Shown here piece after piece: positions 45,241 to 62,160 of a stretch of DNA of 64,000 nucleotides. The notes under the pieces were generated by a model. The model did not search any database, was not told the origin of the DNA, and worked only from the letters and a program-made list of their open reading frames with translations. Each line of letters begins with the position of its first letter. Position 1 is the stretch's first letter. The DNA is from the human T2T-CHM13v2.0 reference genome, Homo sapiens, in the NCBI RefSeq assembly GCF_009914755.1, contig NC_060925.1; one strand, 5' to 3'. A program made the translations under genes and the position numbers.

Positions 45241-45545
45241 GTGCTCAGTAAATACAGCTGCCGTTCCCTGCAGTACCTGCAAGGCACTCTGCTCCACAGC
45301 CTGTGCCCGCCTACCCACCTCAGTTGGTTAAAACCTCCCACCATGGGCCTGCTTTCAGGGCACACCTGACTCAGACCCCCCAGGCCCCCAACCCTTCCCT
45401 GACCAGGACTTTGCAGGAGCAGTGCACTCCATCCCCAGGAGGCAAGCCTGCTACAATTTATTGCCCAGAAAATCCATAATCTCTCCCTGGGACATGAGGC
45501 CTCAAAACCCATTCCTGCATGCATAACCAGAAAAGAGAAGACCTT

Positions 45546-45898
<353 letters not shown>

Positions 45899-46872
45899 CT
45901 AATGGGCAGCCTTATGACACAAAGTCTCTGTGCAGATCCAAGGCCAGGAATATGACCGATAATTAGGCACCACACAGAGAGATCTTTGTTAAGGAAAAAA
46001 AAATGCTAATTGATCTGCCACAGATGAAATTTGCTGTTTCAGGAGCTGGTGAGTTCCCCATCACAGGAGAACTCATGCAAGCAGAGGCTGGAAACCAAAC
46101 CTACCTGTGATTGAGCTGAATGAGCCCAGATCTCTTCTATGCTTCCGATTTCTCCTAAAACCTTTGAAAAGTAGCTTTTAAATCCATCATTACTCTTAAA
46201 ATCTTCCTCTATTTATGTGATTAGAAAACTCCTTCCATCACATATATAGTTCAAGGAGAAAGTTCATCCAAGTCCCCATTCAAATGATCACAAATTCTGA
46301 ATCAGTGGGTTTTGAATTAGTGGGGTTTCCCGGGAGAATTTAAATGTTCCACCCAGGAGACATGAAGAAGAAGGTTCTCGCCTTCTCTGGGAACACAGCC
46401 CAAGAAAAGAAGAGGAGATGGCAGGCAGGCTGCCTCTTGTGCATTCCAATAGACCCGCTGCCTCTCAGAATCTCAATGTTCCAGCCCCAGAACAGTTGGT
46501 GAAGATGGGATTTCAGGGAAGGAGTGAAAGCAGAACTGCCAGTCATTCAAGCATCCGGTGCTGGGGAGGGTGGTTTCTCCAGGGGATGTGCCAAGTCCGG
46601 GGCCCTGACCCTTCCTGCAGGCTTCCATCAAATGTCATCACTTCCACGAGGCCTGACCTGACCCTTGCTTCAATAACTCGGACAGTACCCTGAGCTTCCT
46701 GCATACACAGCGCTTTCATCCTGGCTAGTTACTATCTGTCTCCCTGCACCACTGGGACAGAAGTCATGCTTGGGGCCCTTACTATCTGGAATGGAAACAC
46801 TTCATGAGGTTACAGGGACCACAGGCAGCAGGAGTTGCCCATTTCCTCTTGCTCCTTGGATGCTCTGAGTGC

Positions 46873-47173
<301 letters not shown>

Positions 47174-48564
47174 AAGTGCTTTTTGATCTAACCAGTTGTG
47201 GGTTACTTTTAGAGCTTTGCTTTATCTCCACCTCTGAGCCTCACTTGACCCATTTCTGGTTGCCTGCTTCTTATTCTCAGAACTGTCTTTTGTCCCCCTC
47301 CCACCTACTGGCTCAGATAACCTTCCCTTAGGGTTCCAGCCTCCTTGGGATTTGCCCAGCCCCTGCACTGCCTAATGAGGGCTCTTCACCTGTCTGGGTT
47401 CTTCCTTTTCTGCCAGGGCAGTCCTACTTGCTCATACTCTGGGCCAGCCCAAGAATTCTCCCTCTGTCCTCCAACTGTCCTGACATGCTGAGAATTCCAT
47501 GGAGGCAGAAACTGTGTCTCACCCCTCTCCGGATCCCCGACCCCTACAACAGTTGCCTACAGCAAGGAGCTCAGTGAAAAAAAAAAATGTCAAATTAAAA
47601 TTGAACTGAAAGGCAAAGAAAAGTAAATGCTTTCTTCTGTAATGCAAGATTTTAGGAAGGAGGGCTTAAGACAAATCAGGGGAGTGGACTAAAAGATTTA
47701 TTGTTTACAGTTTCCCTCCCCCTCTCCTAAACAATCATTCATTGGACCCTACAGTTATGTTTTAAAATGGCCCTCAGGGATGACCAGCAGTGGCCAAGGC
47801 CCTGGCCCAGCTTGATGCATGCATGGGTTGCACCACAGGGGAGCACCTGCCTCTGAGCCTCCCTCTCTGGAATTGTCCAAAATTATCCTCTTGGCTGTGA
47901 GCACCATTGGCTGGCACTATGCAGTGACCATCCTCCCTTTCAGAATGCTCATTGCATCTGGGTCTTAGGGGAGGGGGATGGAGGCAGCCCAATGCTCTGT
48001 TATTTGTCCCACAAACATGATTTCACTTGAAATCTGATTTCCATTTGCTGAATGCCTCCACGAATGGGCAGGAGATTGCTATGTTGTTGCATGTCACACT
48101 GAATTTGGCCAGCTTCAGAAATTCCCTACAGAAGATGCCTTCTTGTTAAATTGCCAGGTCTTTTGTCATTGTAACCCATCTAATCATCAACATTCAGTTT
48201 CTTCTGTTCACTAGTCCTCTTGCTTCCCCATGTATAACAAAATTCATGCAATCCCAATAGAGACTGGTTTGGATGCAGTTTAATAGCCTTTCATCATTGA
48301 CTTCCAGCCCACTTCTCAATGCACAGGTCCAACTTGGGACAGAATAATATATTGCAACCAAGTTCAGCTCAAGACCTATTTGTTGAGTGCCCGCGATGTG
48401 CCAGGCCCTGTGCCAGGAGCTAGAGACATAGCTTGCTTAGTGGCTGACTTTTCTGTTGCTTGCATCGCAGAATCTAGGGGCTAGATTCATATAGCATTAA
48501 ACAAAGGATGGGTACAAGTGCTGTTCATCTAGGACTTGGAATCAGGGACATCACTCTAGGGTTT

Positions 48565-49589
<1,025 letters not shown>

Positions 49590-50585
49590 TAGAACAGAAC
49601 TGACAATATAATAATAATAACAATAATAATGGTATTTTAAAAGAATCACTAATGTGAGGGACTTGTAGGTAGAGTTTTTAAAACTCCTAAATAAAATTAA
49701 AAAGCAAGGACAAAGCAACAAGGAAAAAGACCTATATAGAGAACAACAACAAAAAGGAAATCAATTGAAAAAGTAAAGGTATTTTTAAAGATGAATATAG
49801 AATATCTATAACAGAAGCAATAATCAAAGACTTTTTTTAAAAAAAAAGGAAGAAAAAGCAAAGCTTTCTGAACTGAAATCACAACAGAATACACAGACAG
49901 AAAGATTCACCAAGTTGAGAATAAAAATAAATAAAAGAAGGAATATTGAAATCTTTCACCACAGTCCTATTTCTGATTATTTATTCTTACACTTCGAATA
50001 TATTTTGTTGTATATATTTAAATGCAAAATTATTTTGTGCCTAAAAGTTCTTGAAATTATTCTTTCATTATAAAGTTGGCATCCTGTCAATACAACCCAA
50101 GTTTTCCAGATCTTGCTAGCATGTAGAAACAAATGAAACTACCGTTTTTGTTCTCACCCACTCATGCAGGAGCTATAGACTTCCTCAAAGTCTCTCTCTG
50201 CTAGATTTAGGAGTACCCAGGTGGCAGGGGTTCAGTTTAGCTCATTAACAAGCTCACTCCTAATGGATGTACCTCCTGTTCCACGAGACATCTATGGGCG
50301 AGCTCCAGATCTTCTAGTACCATAATTTATCATCAGACTTCTATTGGTAACTGACATGCCTATCTGGTGCCACTGCTCTTCTTCTAGGTTCATGAATGAC
50401 ATTGGTTTATGCTTTAACTTCTCTTACAATGTCTATGTCTGTTTTCATTATCAAGATTACATTGGCCTCATAAAATAAGTTAGAAGGTGTTCCCCCTTCC
50501 TGCCTTTATTTTTTGAGTTTGTGTTTGGCAGAATTATCACTGAAGCCATCCAGGTCTGGAGTTTTCTTTTGTGGGAAGATTTTAA

Positions 50586-51020
<435 letters not shown>

Positions 51021-52742
51021 TAATGTTGTTGGAATTACTTCCTATACCTTAATGTCTGTAGGATCTATAGGGCTGTCCTTTTTCTTTCATGATACTGGTA
51101 ATTTTATGTCTTTACTCTTTTATTCTTGATTAGTCCAGCTAGAGGTTTTATTGATTTTGTTGATCTTTTCAAGGAAACTGTTTTTCGTTTCATTGATGTT
51201 TCTCTGCTGTTTATTTTCTATTTATTGATTTCTACTATTTAGTTTCCCTACTTCTGCTTATCTTAGGTTTAATTTGTTTTCCTTTGTCTAGCTTCTTAGG
51301 TTGAAATTAGATAATTGAGATGAGACCTTTCTTCCTTTCTAATATAAACATGTAAAGCTATAAATATCTCTCTAAGCACCACTTTAGCTGCATCCCCCAA
51401 ATTTTGACATGTCATATGTTCATTTTCATTCAGTTGAAAATATTTTCTAATTTCCCTTGTGATTTCTTCTTTGATCCCTGGGTTATTTAGAAGTGCATTG
51501 TTGAATTTTCAAGTATTTGGGGAGTCTCCAGGTACCTTGTTTTATTATTGGTTTCTAAATGAATTGTGTTTTGTTTACAGAATGTATCCTATATGTCTGA
51601 ATCTTTTTAAACATAGTGATAGTGTTTGATATCCCAATGTGTAGTTTAGCTTGTTCTAAGTGCACTTCTCCTGTTCTTGGGTGGCAGTTTTTATATGTGT
51701 CAAAAAGGTCAAATTGGCTGATAATACCGTTTGGGTCTTCCATATGTTCACTTATCTTCTGACTAATTGTTCTATTAATTATTGAAAGAGGAATGTGGAA
51801 ATCTCCAACTATGCTTGTGAATTTGTCTATTTCTCCTTTCAGTTTGGTCAGTTTTTGCTTCATATTTTGAAGCTCTGTTATGAGGTGTGCTTAGGATTAT
51901 TATACCTTCTTGATTAATTGACTCAATCGTCTTTGTGAATATCCCTAATAACATTCCTTCTTCTGAAATCTGCTTGTCTTGATATTAATATAGCCACTCT
52001 ACCTTTCTTTTGATTAGTGTTTGCATGGTATATCTTTTTGCATTATTTCAGTTTTAATGTATTTTGTTTATATTTAACATGTATTTCTTATAGACATAAT
52101 ATACTTAGGTGTTGCTTTTTTAACTATATGACAATTTCTGCCTTTTAATTGAAATACTTAAACTAGGTACACTTTTATGTAATTATTGACATGTTCGAAT
52201 TTAAGTCAAACATCTTGTTTGTTTTTTTCTGTGTGTCCCATTTATTCTCTATTCCTTTTATCCTCCCTCACTGCTTTTCTTTGGATTGGTGTTTTTTAAT
52301 ATTCCAATAGTACTACTGGCTTATTAGTTATCACTATTTCATAATGGTTTCTCTAAGATTGACAGTATGCAACAGTCTACTTCCCAATAATGCTAAATCA
52401 CTTTATATATAAAATATAGAAACTTTGTGACAGTATATTTTCATTCCCTTCTTCCCATTCTTTCTACTGTTACTGCCATACATTACACTTCTATATACAT
52501 TAAAATGTATACATTGTACTACTTTTCCTTTAAGCAGACAATAGTCTTTTAAAGAAATTAAAAAATGATAGAAAAAGTATTCGATGGTTACTCGTGTATT
52601 TATTCTTTCTAGCATTCTTCATTATTTTGTTTATATCCATGTTTGCATCTGGCCTCATTTTCCTTTAACCTAAACAACTTTCCTTAATATTTGTGCTGGC
52701 CACCAATTCTTTTAGCTTTTGTTTATCTAAAAAAAAATCCTA

Positions 52743-53040
52743 GGCCAGGCATGGTCGCTCATGCCTTTAATCTCAGCACTTTGAGAGGCAGAGGAGAGTG
52801 GATCACTTGAGTTCAGAAGTTCGAGAGCAGCCTCACTAACATGGTGAAACCCTGTCTCTACTAAAAATACAAAAATTAGCTGGGCATGGTGGTGCATGCC
52901 TGTAATCCCAGCTACTCAGGAGAATGAGGCAGGAGAATCACTTGAACTCAGCAGGCAGAGGCTGCAGTGAGCTGAGACCATACCACTGCTCTCCAGCTTG
53001 GGTGATAGAGGGAGACTTTGTCTCAAAATAATAATAATAA
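52743..53040 (+). mobile_element. Alu with (AAT)n tail
   Basis: Alu dimer sequence. Confidence 0.9.
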
Positions 53041-55289
53041 AGCAACCCTTATTTTTCCTTTATTTTTGAAGGCTGTTTTCACTGGATATAGAATTTTAAG
53101 GTGATAGCACTGGTTGGCTGATCATTTCAAGTTATCATTCCATTGTCTTCTAGTTAGTTTCTGAATAAAAGTTTGGGACTATTCTCATATGGGTTCACTA
53201 GTATGTAATGTGTTTTTACATTTTAGCTGCTTGTAAGATATTCTCTTTATTGCCAGTTTTCAGCATTTGATAATGATGTGTCTTGGTGTGGTTTTCCTTG
53301 TGTTTATCCTATTTAAGGCTTATTGAGTTTCTTAGGTCTATGTGTTCATCAAATTTGGAAAATTTTATGATTTTTTTTCAAATATCTTTCTATCCACTCC
53401 CCACTGTTTTCTGAGACTTTCATTATTCAAATATTAAATTTTACATTGCCCACAGATTGCTCAGCCTCTAATTAATTGTTTCAGTCTTTTTTTCTCTCCC
53501 TGATTCACTTTAGATGGTTTCATTACTTATGTCTTCAAGTTCACTGGTGTTTTCTTCTGCAGTATTTAATCTGCTGTTAATCTCATTCAGTGAACATTTT
53601 ATTTTTGGTACAGTATATTCAATCTCTAGAAGTTTCATTTGGTTGTTTTATATCCTCATTATATTCATGTTTTCCTTTAAATCCTCTGTCATATTCATAA
53701 TAGCTGTTCTTAAAATTTCTCTGTTAATTCCACCATCTCTGTCATTTCCAATGTTGTTTTAATGATTAATTTTCTCCTAGTTATGGGTCACATTATCCTG
53801 ATCCTTAGATTGTCTACTAATTTTTTATTGCATGCTGGACATTGTCAGCATTATGTTGTTAATTCCTGGATTTTGTTGTCATCCTTTAAGGAATGTTAAA
53901 TTTTGCTCTGGCAGACAAATAGGTTGCTTACAAATCAGCTTGATCCTTTCAAGGGTAAAGCAATCTATGTGTCTGTGTATGAGTACAGGTATGTGTATGT
54001 GCATGTGTATAACAGGTTTAAAATATACCTTACTCTAGGGCTGGTTTAGCTTTATTACTAAGGCAAGACATTTGGGGTTCTCTTCTGAAATTTTCTGGAT
54101 ATTTACAGACCTCTCCATCCTGAAAGGTCAGAATTTTAACTTATCCTTGCCCTATGTAGATTCTGAGAATTATTCAGCTTATAATCCTCTGGGCACTTTG
54201 TCTACCATTGGGTACCTTAGGATTCAGCCACAGACTCCAGGGGACAGCCATGTGGATACTTGGAGCTCCTTTTCTGTAAATTATTTTCTGCAAATTATAA
54301 CTATTTCATCATCCTTCTCTTTGATGTCTGTTTCTTCAAATCAACAAAATTTGGGTTCCCTTTTATTGAACCATGATCGAGAAAATCCCCGCAGGCAGAA
54401 ATCTGCAGTAACTGTAGGGCTCACCTTGTTTGCTCACCTGCTCACAAGGATCACAATCCTGCACTGCCAGTTGTTCAATGTTTGAAAACAGTTGTTTTAT
54501 ATCTTTCATCTAGTTTTCTTATTGTTTATATTGGGAAGGAAATCTGATCCCAGTTACTCTGCCATGGCCATATGTAGAAGGTACACTGCTCCTCTTCCAG
54601 GAATCTATGGGATACAACATGGATTTATTTGTTAAGGACTCCTGTTTCTTGCACTTCTCTTCTAGACTATTGTAACAGCTTTCTAAATGCCTGTTCTAAC
54701 TCCAGACTCACTCACTCCATACTGCTGCCATAGTAATATTTATACCAATCGAATTGCATGGTGCCAAACGCACTAAAGCAGAAGTGAATAAATAACTCCC
54801 TTTACCTTTTGCATTATACAAGGATCCCAAGGACATACCACTGGTTTCTTACTTTTTTGCCACCCTTTTAGGAAAATAGCCCTTTAAGTTTTAAATTATA
54901 ATTTGCATGCTCTCCAGAAGGCTTGTATTTGAAAAATTACAGAGAATGGGCCAAAAGGCAAATTCCAATGATAGATAACACATTGTCCTAAGAATGGTAT
55001 TTTCCTCTGGTGACTACAATTTTCTCTCCAGGTCACATTCATTGCACTTGGTATCTTTATCCTTACTGATGAGCCTTCTAAGGTCTCAGGCAAAAAGGCT
55101 TTTAGCAAGAGAAAGCTTACCGTCTCACAAGACATGTCCAGCCATATCCCAACCCCTGCAATGGACACAGCTTGAATTATCTCCTAAGAGACCCTTTAGC
55201 CTCTGTTCACATAGATCTGGAATCCGAACAGAAACACCCAGCCTAAACCTGGGATTCCTTCTCCATGAAACAAGACTCTATTTTCTTGT

Positions 55290-56050
55290 TTAATTCTTTA
55301 TTGTCCCAAATTATATTTGCCTGATTGACACTGTGGGCCTTGATTTCCTTTCTGTTTGCACTAATTTGCCTCATGCACTTTTGCCTATCCCTTTGCTTCT
55401 TATTCTTTTTTCCCAACTTTGTTTTAGTTGATTATCTTGTAAATAGAATATAGTTGAATATCATTTTAAATCCAGTCTGAGAGTCTTTATGTTTTAATAG
55501 AGGAATTTAGTACATTTATACACATTGTAATAACTAGTTATTTTGTTTTTTCCCTCCTGTCATCTTGTCATTAGCTGTGCTGTTTTTTTTTTAACTATTG
55601 GTAAATGGTTTCTATTTTCTTTGAATTTATCTTCTTTAATGTATTAGAAGATAAATGGTGGCTCTAATTCCACTATTAGCAACCTCAACAGTTTTCAAAA
55701 ATAGTTTTCAATTTACATTCCTCTAATTATCAGAATTGAGTATGGATTGGAATCTTTTGAGATCATTTTATATTAGATGAGTAGTTAGGCACTCTTTTAC
55801 TTTCTTTTTCCAACTTCATTCTTCATGGTTGTTTTAAAGAAACTAAGGTTTCAGAAAGATTATTTTATTATATTATCCTTATTTTACATCATGTAAAATT
55901 TTCTCCAAAATAAATGTTAGAAATTTGGATAATACCTAGACATTTAAGAATTATTTATATTTATCTTCATTGTTCAGTTGCATTGTTCTCCTCTCAACCT
56001 TTTATGCCGTGATTTTTCCATTCTTGAACCTTTCATTTCTTTCATGTCTG
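55290..56050 (-). mobile_element. Highly degraded L1ME fragments
   Basis: tcttgtaaatagaatatagttg...tttaaatccagtctgagagtcttt. Confidence 0.5.
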
Positions 56051-56084
56051 CCTCTTCTGTGGAAGGTGTTCAAGTGCCTTTTGC

Positions 56085-56915
56085 TTAGCAATTGTAGCAA
56101 AGATTGTTAGTTGTCTTCTCATTCTCTTCTTCCTTATTAACAGAGCCCTGATTTCCTTGGGATAGAATAAGCACTACGAAAAACAAAAACAAAAACAAAA
56201 CAACCACATTTCTCACTTTCCTTTGTGGATAGGGTGGCCAATACAATAAAAGCAAAGGTTTTAGGCAAGGCTTGTAGAAAAGCTCTTCGAAGCCACCAAC
56301 CACCAACTTAATTGAAAAGTACATTCTTTTTATCTTTTTCCCCTTCCTCTTTTTTCCTTCCTGGAATGGGGGCATAATGGCTGCAGCTCTGGCAACCATC
56401 CTGTGACCATGAGTGAGTTGACTTTGAGGATGAAAGCCACAATAAGGGGGGTGGAATGGAAAGATGGAAGACGCCTGGGTCCCTGATGACCCTGTCATGC
56501 TACTACTTTACTTATTGCTAAATTTCATGTTACATGAAAGAAAAATAAGCCTCCGTATTTCTTTTTCTTTTCTTTTTTTTTGACAGAGTCTTGCTCTGTT
56601 GCCCAGGCTGGAGTGCAGTGATGCGATCTTGGCTCACTGCAACCTCCACCTCCTGGGTTCAAGCAATTCTCTGCATCAGCCTCCCGAGTAGCTGGGATTA
56701 CAGGTACCCACCATCACGCCTGGCTGATTTTTGTATTTTTAGTAGAGACGGGGTTTCACCATCTTGGCCAGGCTGGTCTTGAACTCCTGACCTTGTGATC
56801 CACCTGCCTCAGCCTCCAAAAGCACTGGGATTACAAGCGTGAGCCACCACGCCCAGCCAAGCCTCCATCTTTCTTAAGCTGCTCTGATTTCAGCCCTTGT
56901 TATTAGCAGTAAAAC
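56085..56915 (+). mobile_element. Old ERVL/MaLR LTR (LTR33/MLT1J-L-like), interrupted by an Alu
   Basis: ggcaaccatcctgtgaccatgag...gcctgggtccctgatgac. Confidence 0.6.
56564..56858 (-). mobile_element. Alu (AluS-like)
   Basis: Reverse Alu. TSD aagcctccgtatttctt/aagcctccatctttctt. Confidence 0.92.
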
Positions 56916-57219
56916 ATAATTACTAGCTTTATAGCAAGGAATGGGGGGAGGACATTCCAGATTGAGAGAACAGCAAGAGCAAAACCATGGAGGTATGAAA
57001 ATATGGTAAGGTCAGGGAATAACAAAATGTCCAGAGCAGCTGGAATCCAGGATATGTGGTAAGAGATAGAGAGGATGTCAAAAAAGTAGGTAGAAGGCAG
57101 TTCTGAAATATATTCCTTTCTAAAAAGTAGGATAAAATCCAAATCATTTTATCTGGTGTTCAAATCTTTTCACCACCTGATTCCCTACTTTTCCAGACTT
57201 ATTAACTACTTCTCATATA

Positions 57220-57635
57220 CCGATGGACACTGACTCATGGTGGTTCAACTTACAATTTTTTGACTTCATGATGATGTGATAGTGAAACGCATTTGGTAGA
57301 AACCATACTTTGAATCAAATTTGAATTTTGATCTTTCCCTGGGCTAGCAATATGTGGTACCATACTCTTGCTCGATGCTGGGCAATGGCAGTGAGCTGAA
57401 GCTCCCAGTCCAGTCACATCATTGCAAGGTTACAACAGATGTTCTACGATGTACTGTGTTGCCAGATGATTTTGCCCAACTGTAGGCTAATGTCAGTGTT
57501 CTGAGCACATTTCAGGTAGACTAGGTTAAGCTATGATGTGCAGTAGGTTAGTGTATTAAATGCATTTTTGACTTACAATAGTTTCAAGTAAAGATGGGTT
57601 TATTAGATGTAGCCCCAGCAATCCAGGAGCATCCG
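57220..57635 (-). mobile_element. MER47 (Tigger5-derived) DNA transposon
   Basis: TA on both flanks. gatgattttgcccaactgtaggctaatg...tgtattaaatgcattt matches the reverse complement of MER47. Confidence 0.85.
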
Positions 57636-57639
57636 TACT

Positions 57640-58050
57640 TGGAATGCCAGACACATGGAATCACTTGGCATTGCTACAATTCATGAGTAGTTTCGACTTT
57701 GCGCCTTTGTACTTGCTTTTCCCTTTCCCCACCTCTCTGCCTGACTAATGGCTGCTTAGCACTTTAGACAAAGCCCAAGATTATCCCTGCCCCTTGGCTC
57801 TCCACTACCCCACACATCTGGTTTCTGTGTTTCTCTTGTGGCTTCCCACAGCTTTCTATTACTACTTCTGTAAGAGATCTTATATTCCACTCAGGGACTT
57901 ATCTGCCTCTGCTCTGAGATCACAAGCTTCTAAAGGGTGAGAACTCTCTTACATTTAATTACTCTGCTCCGTAGTTAGCAGAATGCCTACTACATACCAA
58001 ATGTGCAATAGGTAATTGTTCATCAGGTAAACAATTGAGTGAATAAATGG
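57640..58050 (+). mobile_element. L2 3' fragment
   Basis: Ends with aaacaattgagtgaataaatg. Confidence 0.55.
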
Positions 58051-60039
58051 GATGAAAAGCTTTGAATGCCAGGTCAAGGAATTCCAGCTTCGTCCTGCAA
58101 GCTGTGGGAGGCAGCAGAATGAAATCACAGGCGTAAATGTGGCTGGAATTCTGCTCTCGTGGCCGGTATGAAAGAGAGACTGGGAAGCGGGGAAAGCCTG
58201 GAAGTGGGGAGACTTGTCAGGACACAGCTGGAGCAGCTCCCAACCAGGGTCCCTGCCCTGTCTTGAAATGGTTAAGGTGGCCGAGGCACACGCCTCTGCA
58301 GAGGAGAAATTTCCCTGTCCTTGCCTAAGTGAATGGCTGGGATTAAAGTGACAGCCCACCTTAGTGATGGCGGCGTAATTGGTTGTTCAGCTCTGTCCTT
58401 GTCAGAGCGCTGACAGTTCTGCAGATGCCCTGCTCAGCTCTCCAAAGGTTAGCCTCAGCTGGTGCGGCTGTTCATTAATCATTCCTCCCTGACAGGCCTT
58501 GGTGCAGCCCACAGCTGCCACGCCAGCCCCCACGGTCCCCACCCCACCCAGCCAGGCTAGAGGCAGTCTGAGCTCCTCAAGGGACTGGTCCCCACAGAGG
58601 GAGACACGCGGTCTGTGCCCCTCCACCACACTGCTGCCACTGCTGAATGAAGAACACTGATAAAAGAATTTCCCTGGGTTCTCTCTTCCTGGAACTAGGG
58701 TTTGAATCACCTTACAAGCTCTCCTGACATCCTTGACTTTATCTGCTGCTCTGTTCCACACTCACAGAAGCTTCTTACTGAGAGGAGGGCAACCCTAGCC
58801 CAAGAGTTCCAGAAAGACAAGAAGGCCAATGGATCTGGGGTACGTGTGCTGAGAAGACACAGGACCCGGCTTAGGGCCTGAATCCTGGGCAGAATGTGCA
58901 TCACCTCCAAGCTGTGAATTCCACACGCTATAAAAGATGCTTATGAACCACTAGTTATGACTCAAAACAGGACAGGTGTATTTGTACATAAGTTGGTTTT
59001 ATGTCAAGAATATTAGGGAAAGGATTATCCTTCTGGTCTTTGGGGCAGAATAAGCTGAAAGCAGGCTGGGGAATCTAATTCCCTTGGCTCAAAAGAGACC
59101 ACTCCTCTCCTTTGCTCTCTCCCTTACTCACTTCCTTTCCCTTCCATCATCAGCATGGTGGGTGGACTGAGCCAAGGATGGTGGATGGGATTCTAATCAA
59201 ACCAGTGAGGTTGAAGGAAGGCTTGAGGGGTCCAGGCAAGTAGGGAGAAGAGAGGACAGGGAACCGGGCCTGGGTGGGGACACAGCAGAGGCTGTAGTGT
59301 GGGTCAGGAAGTATGGGCAGAGTGGAGGGTGAGGTTAGACTTGGGGTGATATGGTGGGGTTGATTAGAAAAATCCTTTGCCCAAAAGTCCTTGCCTAAGT
59401 AAATGGCTAGGATTAAAGTGACATAGACCAAGAGTGTAAAACGCCTTTCTGGGCTTTGGCTCTCAGGCTGCCCAATTCCTCAGGACCTCCTCCCGCTGTC
59501 TTTTCTCGTTCCTTTTCATTTTCTTTGATTTTTCATCCCCTAATTTGGCCATTTGGCTCCCCTTCTTCCATCTGCTACCTTGGTCTGCTACATCAAGTAG
59601 ATCTGATCTTGCTCTCAACTAACCAGATCCAGAATTAGAAATTCCATTACAGTTCCCTGCCCAGCCTTCCTTCAAAAGCAAAAGCATGTTCCCAAGTCCC
59701 GGGTCTGGGCTCCAGGGCTGCCAGTTAGTATGTGCACAATGCAGGAGTCATCATTTCCCCCCATCGATTAGCTGTCCCCCAGCAAAGTTTCCAGAGGAGC
59801 AAACAAGGACGCTGGGAGATTAGCATTCAGCTAGTTTTTCAGACTCCAAGCCACAAACACCTGCATTTTCACATCCAAAGAACCCACACACAGTCAGTCG
59901 AGAAACCAAGAGAGTACAGGCTGAGCTCCCCCAAATTCACGCCCAGATAAATAAGATACCTTTCTCAAATGCTTCCTGATGACAATCAATATCTCCCACA
60001 TGTACCTAGCAGCCTTTCACATACATCCTTCTGCTTAAT

Positions 60040-60200
60040 ATTTACAATAGTCTCTCATGGAAGATGAGATTATCCACATTTTCACTTGAGAAAACTGAGG
60101 CTGAGAAAGGATCAGTGCTCAAAATCATACAGGCCCCTTAATGCTCAGAGGCAAGTCCCTTGAGTTTACAAATCCTACATCCTTCCTTCTTATCACGCTG
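60040..60200 (-). mobile_element. MIR
   Basis: ttatccacattttcacttgagaaaactgaggctgaga. Confidence 0.65.
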
Positions 60201-60229
60201 TCACTAAGGGGCTTGCTGCCGCTTTAAGC

Positions 60230-60452
60230 CAGGGCTTCTCAACAGCAGTACTCTTGGCATTTGGGGCCAAGGAATTCTTTGTTGTGGGCACTGCCCTGTG
60301 CCTTGTAGGATGTCTAGCAGCATCCTTGGCCTCTGCCTACCAGATGCCAGTAGCACCTCCTCCCCAAGTTGTGACATCAAAAATGTCTCCAGACATTGTC
60401 AAATGTCCCCTGGGGAAGGGGGACCAAAATCACCTCTAGCTGAGAACTGCTG
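60230..60452. mobile_element. MER20 hAT DNA transposon
   Basis: cagggcttctcaac...ctgagaactgctg inverted termini and aaaaatgtctccagacattgtcaaatgtcccctgggg. Confidence 0.88.
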
Positions 60453-60967
60453 TGTTATGCTCTTCCACTCTGTGTCACTCTTCACGTTACCTACCTGAGG
60501 CAAAGGGCTGTTTTCCATGCTTGAGACAGACCCTCCTCATACACGAGAAGTCAAGGACTATAGCAAGGTCAGATGCCTATGAAAAGACTGCTTGGCAATG
60601 ATAATGAAGAATGAGAAGGGCATTTTGAGCAGAAATCCAGAAGACACATATTGTTGGGGAGGGGTATATATTGGGAAGTTGTTCCAAACTGCCATCTTTT
60701 AATCTATCCATCATTCTCTCCATCTTCTGATTCATTAATCCATCCATCATATGTCATTCTACTCATTTTACGTCCATTCCCTGGTGTAAGGTCTGTGCAA
60801 GGCACCAAATGGGAGAGAAAAGTCACCCATGGATCCTTCCCATGGGGCTGTGGAAGGCAGCTGGAGCCTCAGCTCAGCAGCAGTAGACTACGTAGCCTGA
60901 GCAAGCCTTTGGGCTTCAGTTTCCTAAAACTAAAAATAATATGTTCCTTGTAAAATCATAGTAGTGA

Positions 60968-62160
<1,193 letters not shown>

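Noticed and set aside
58402-58761. 119-aa - strand ORF in the GC-richer island
   Set aside because: I recognise no homology, and the candidate splice sites do not give a continuous frame.
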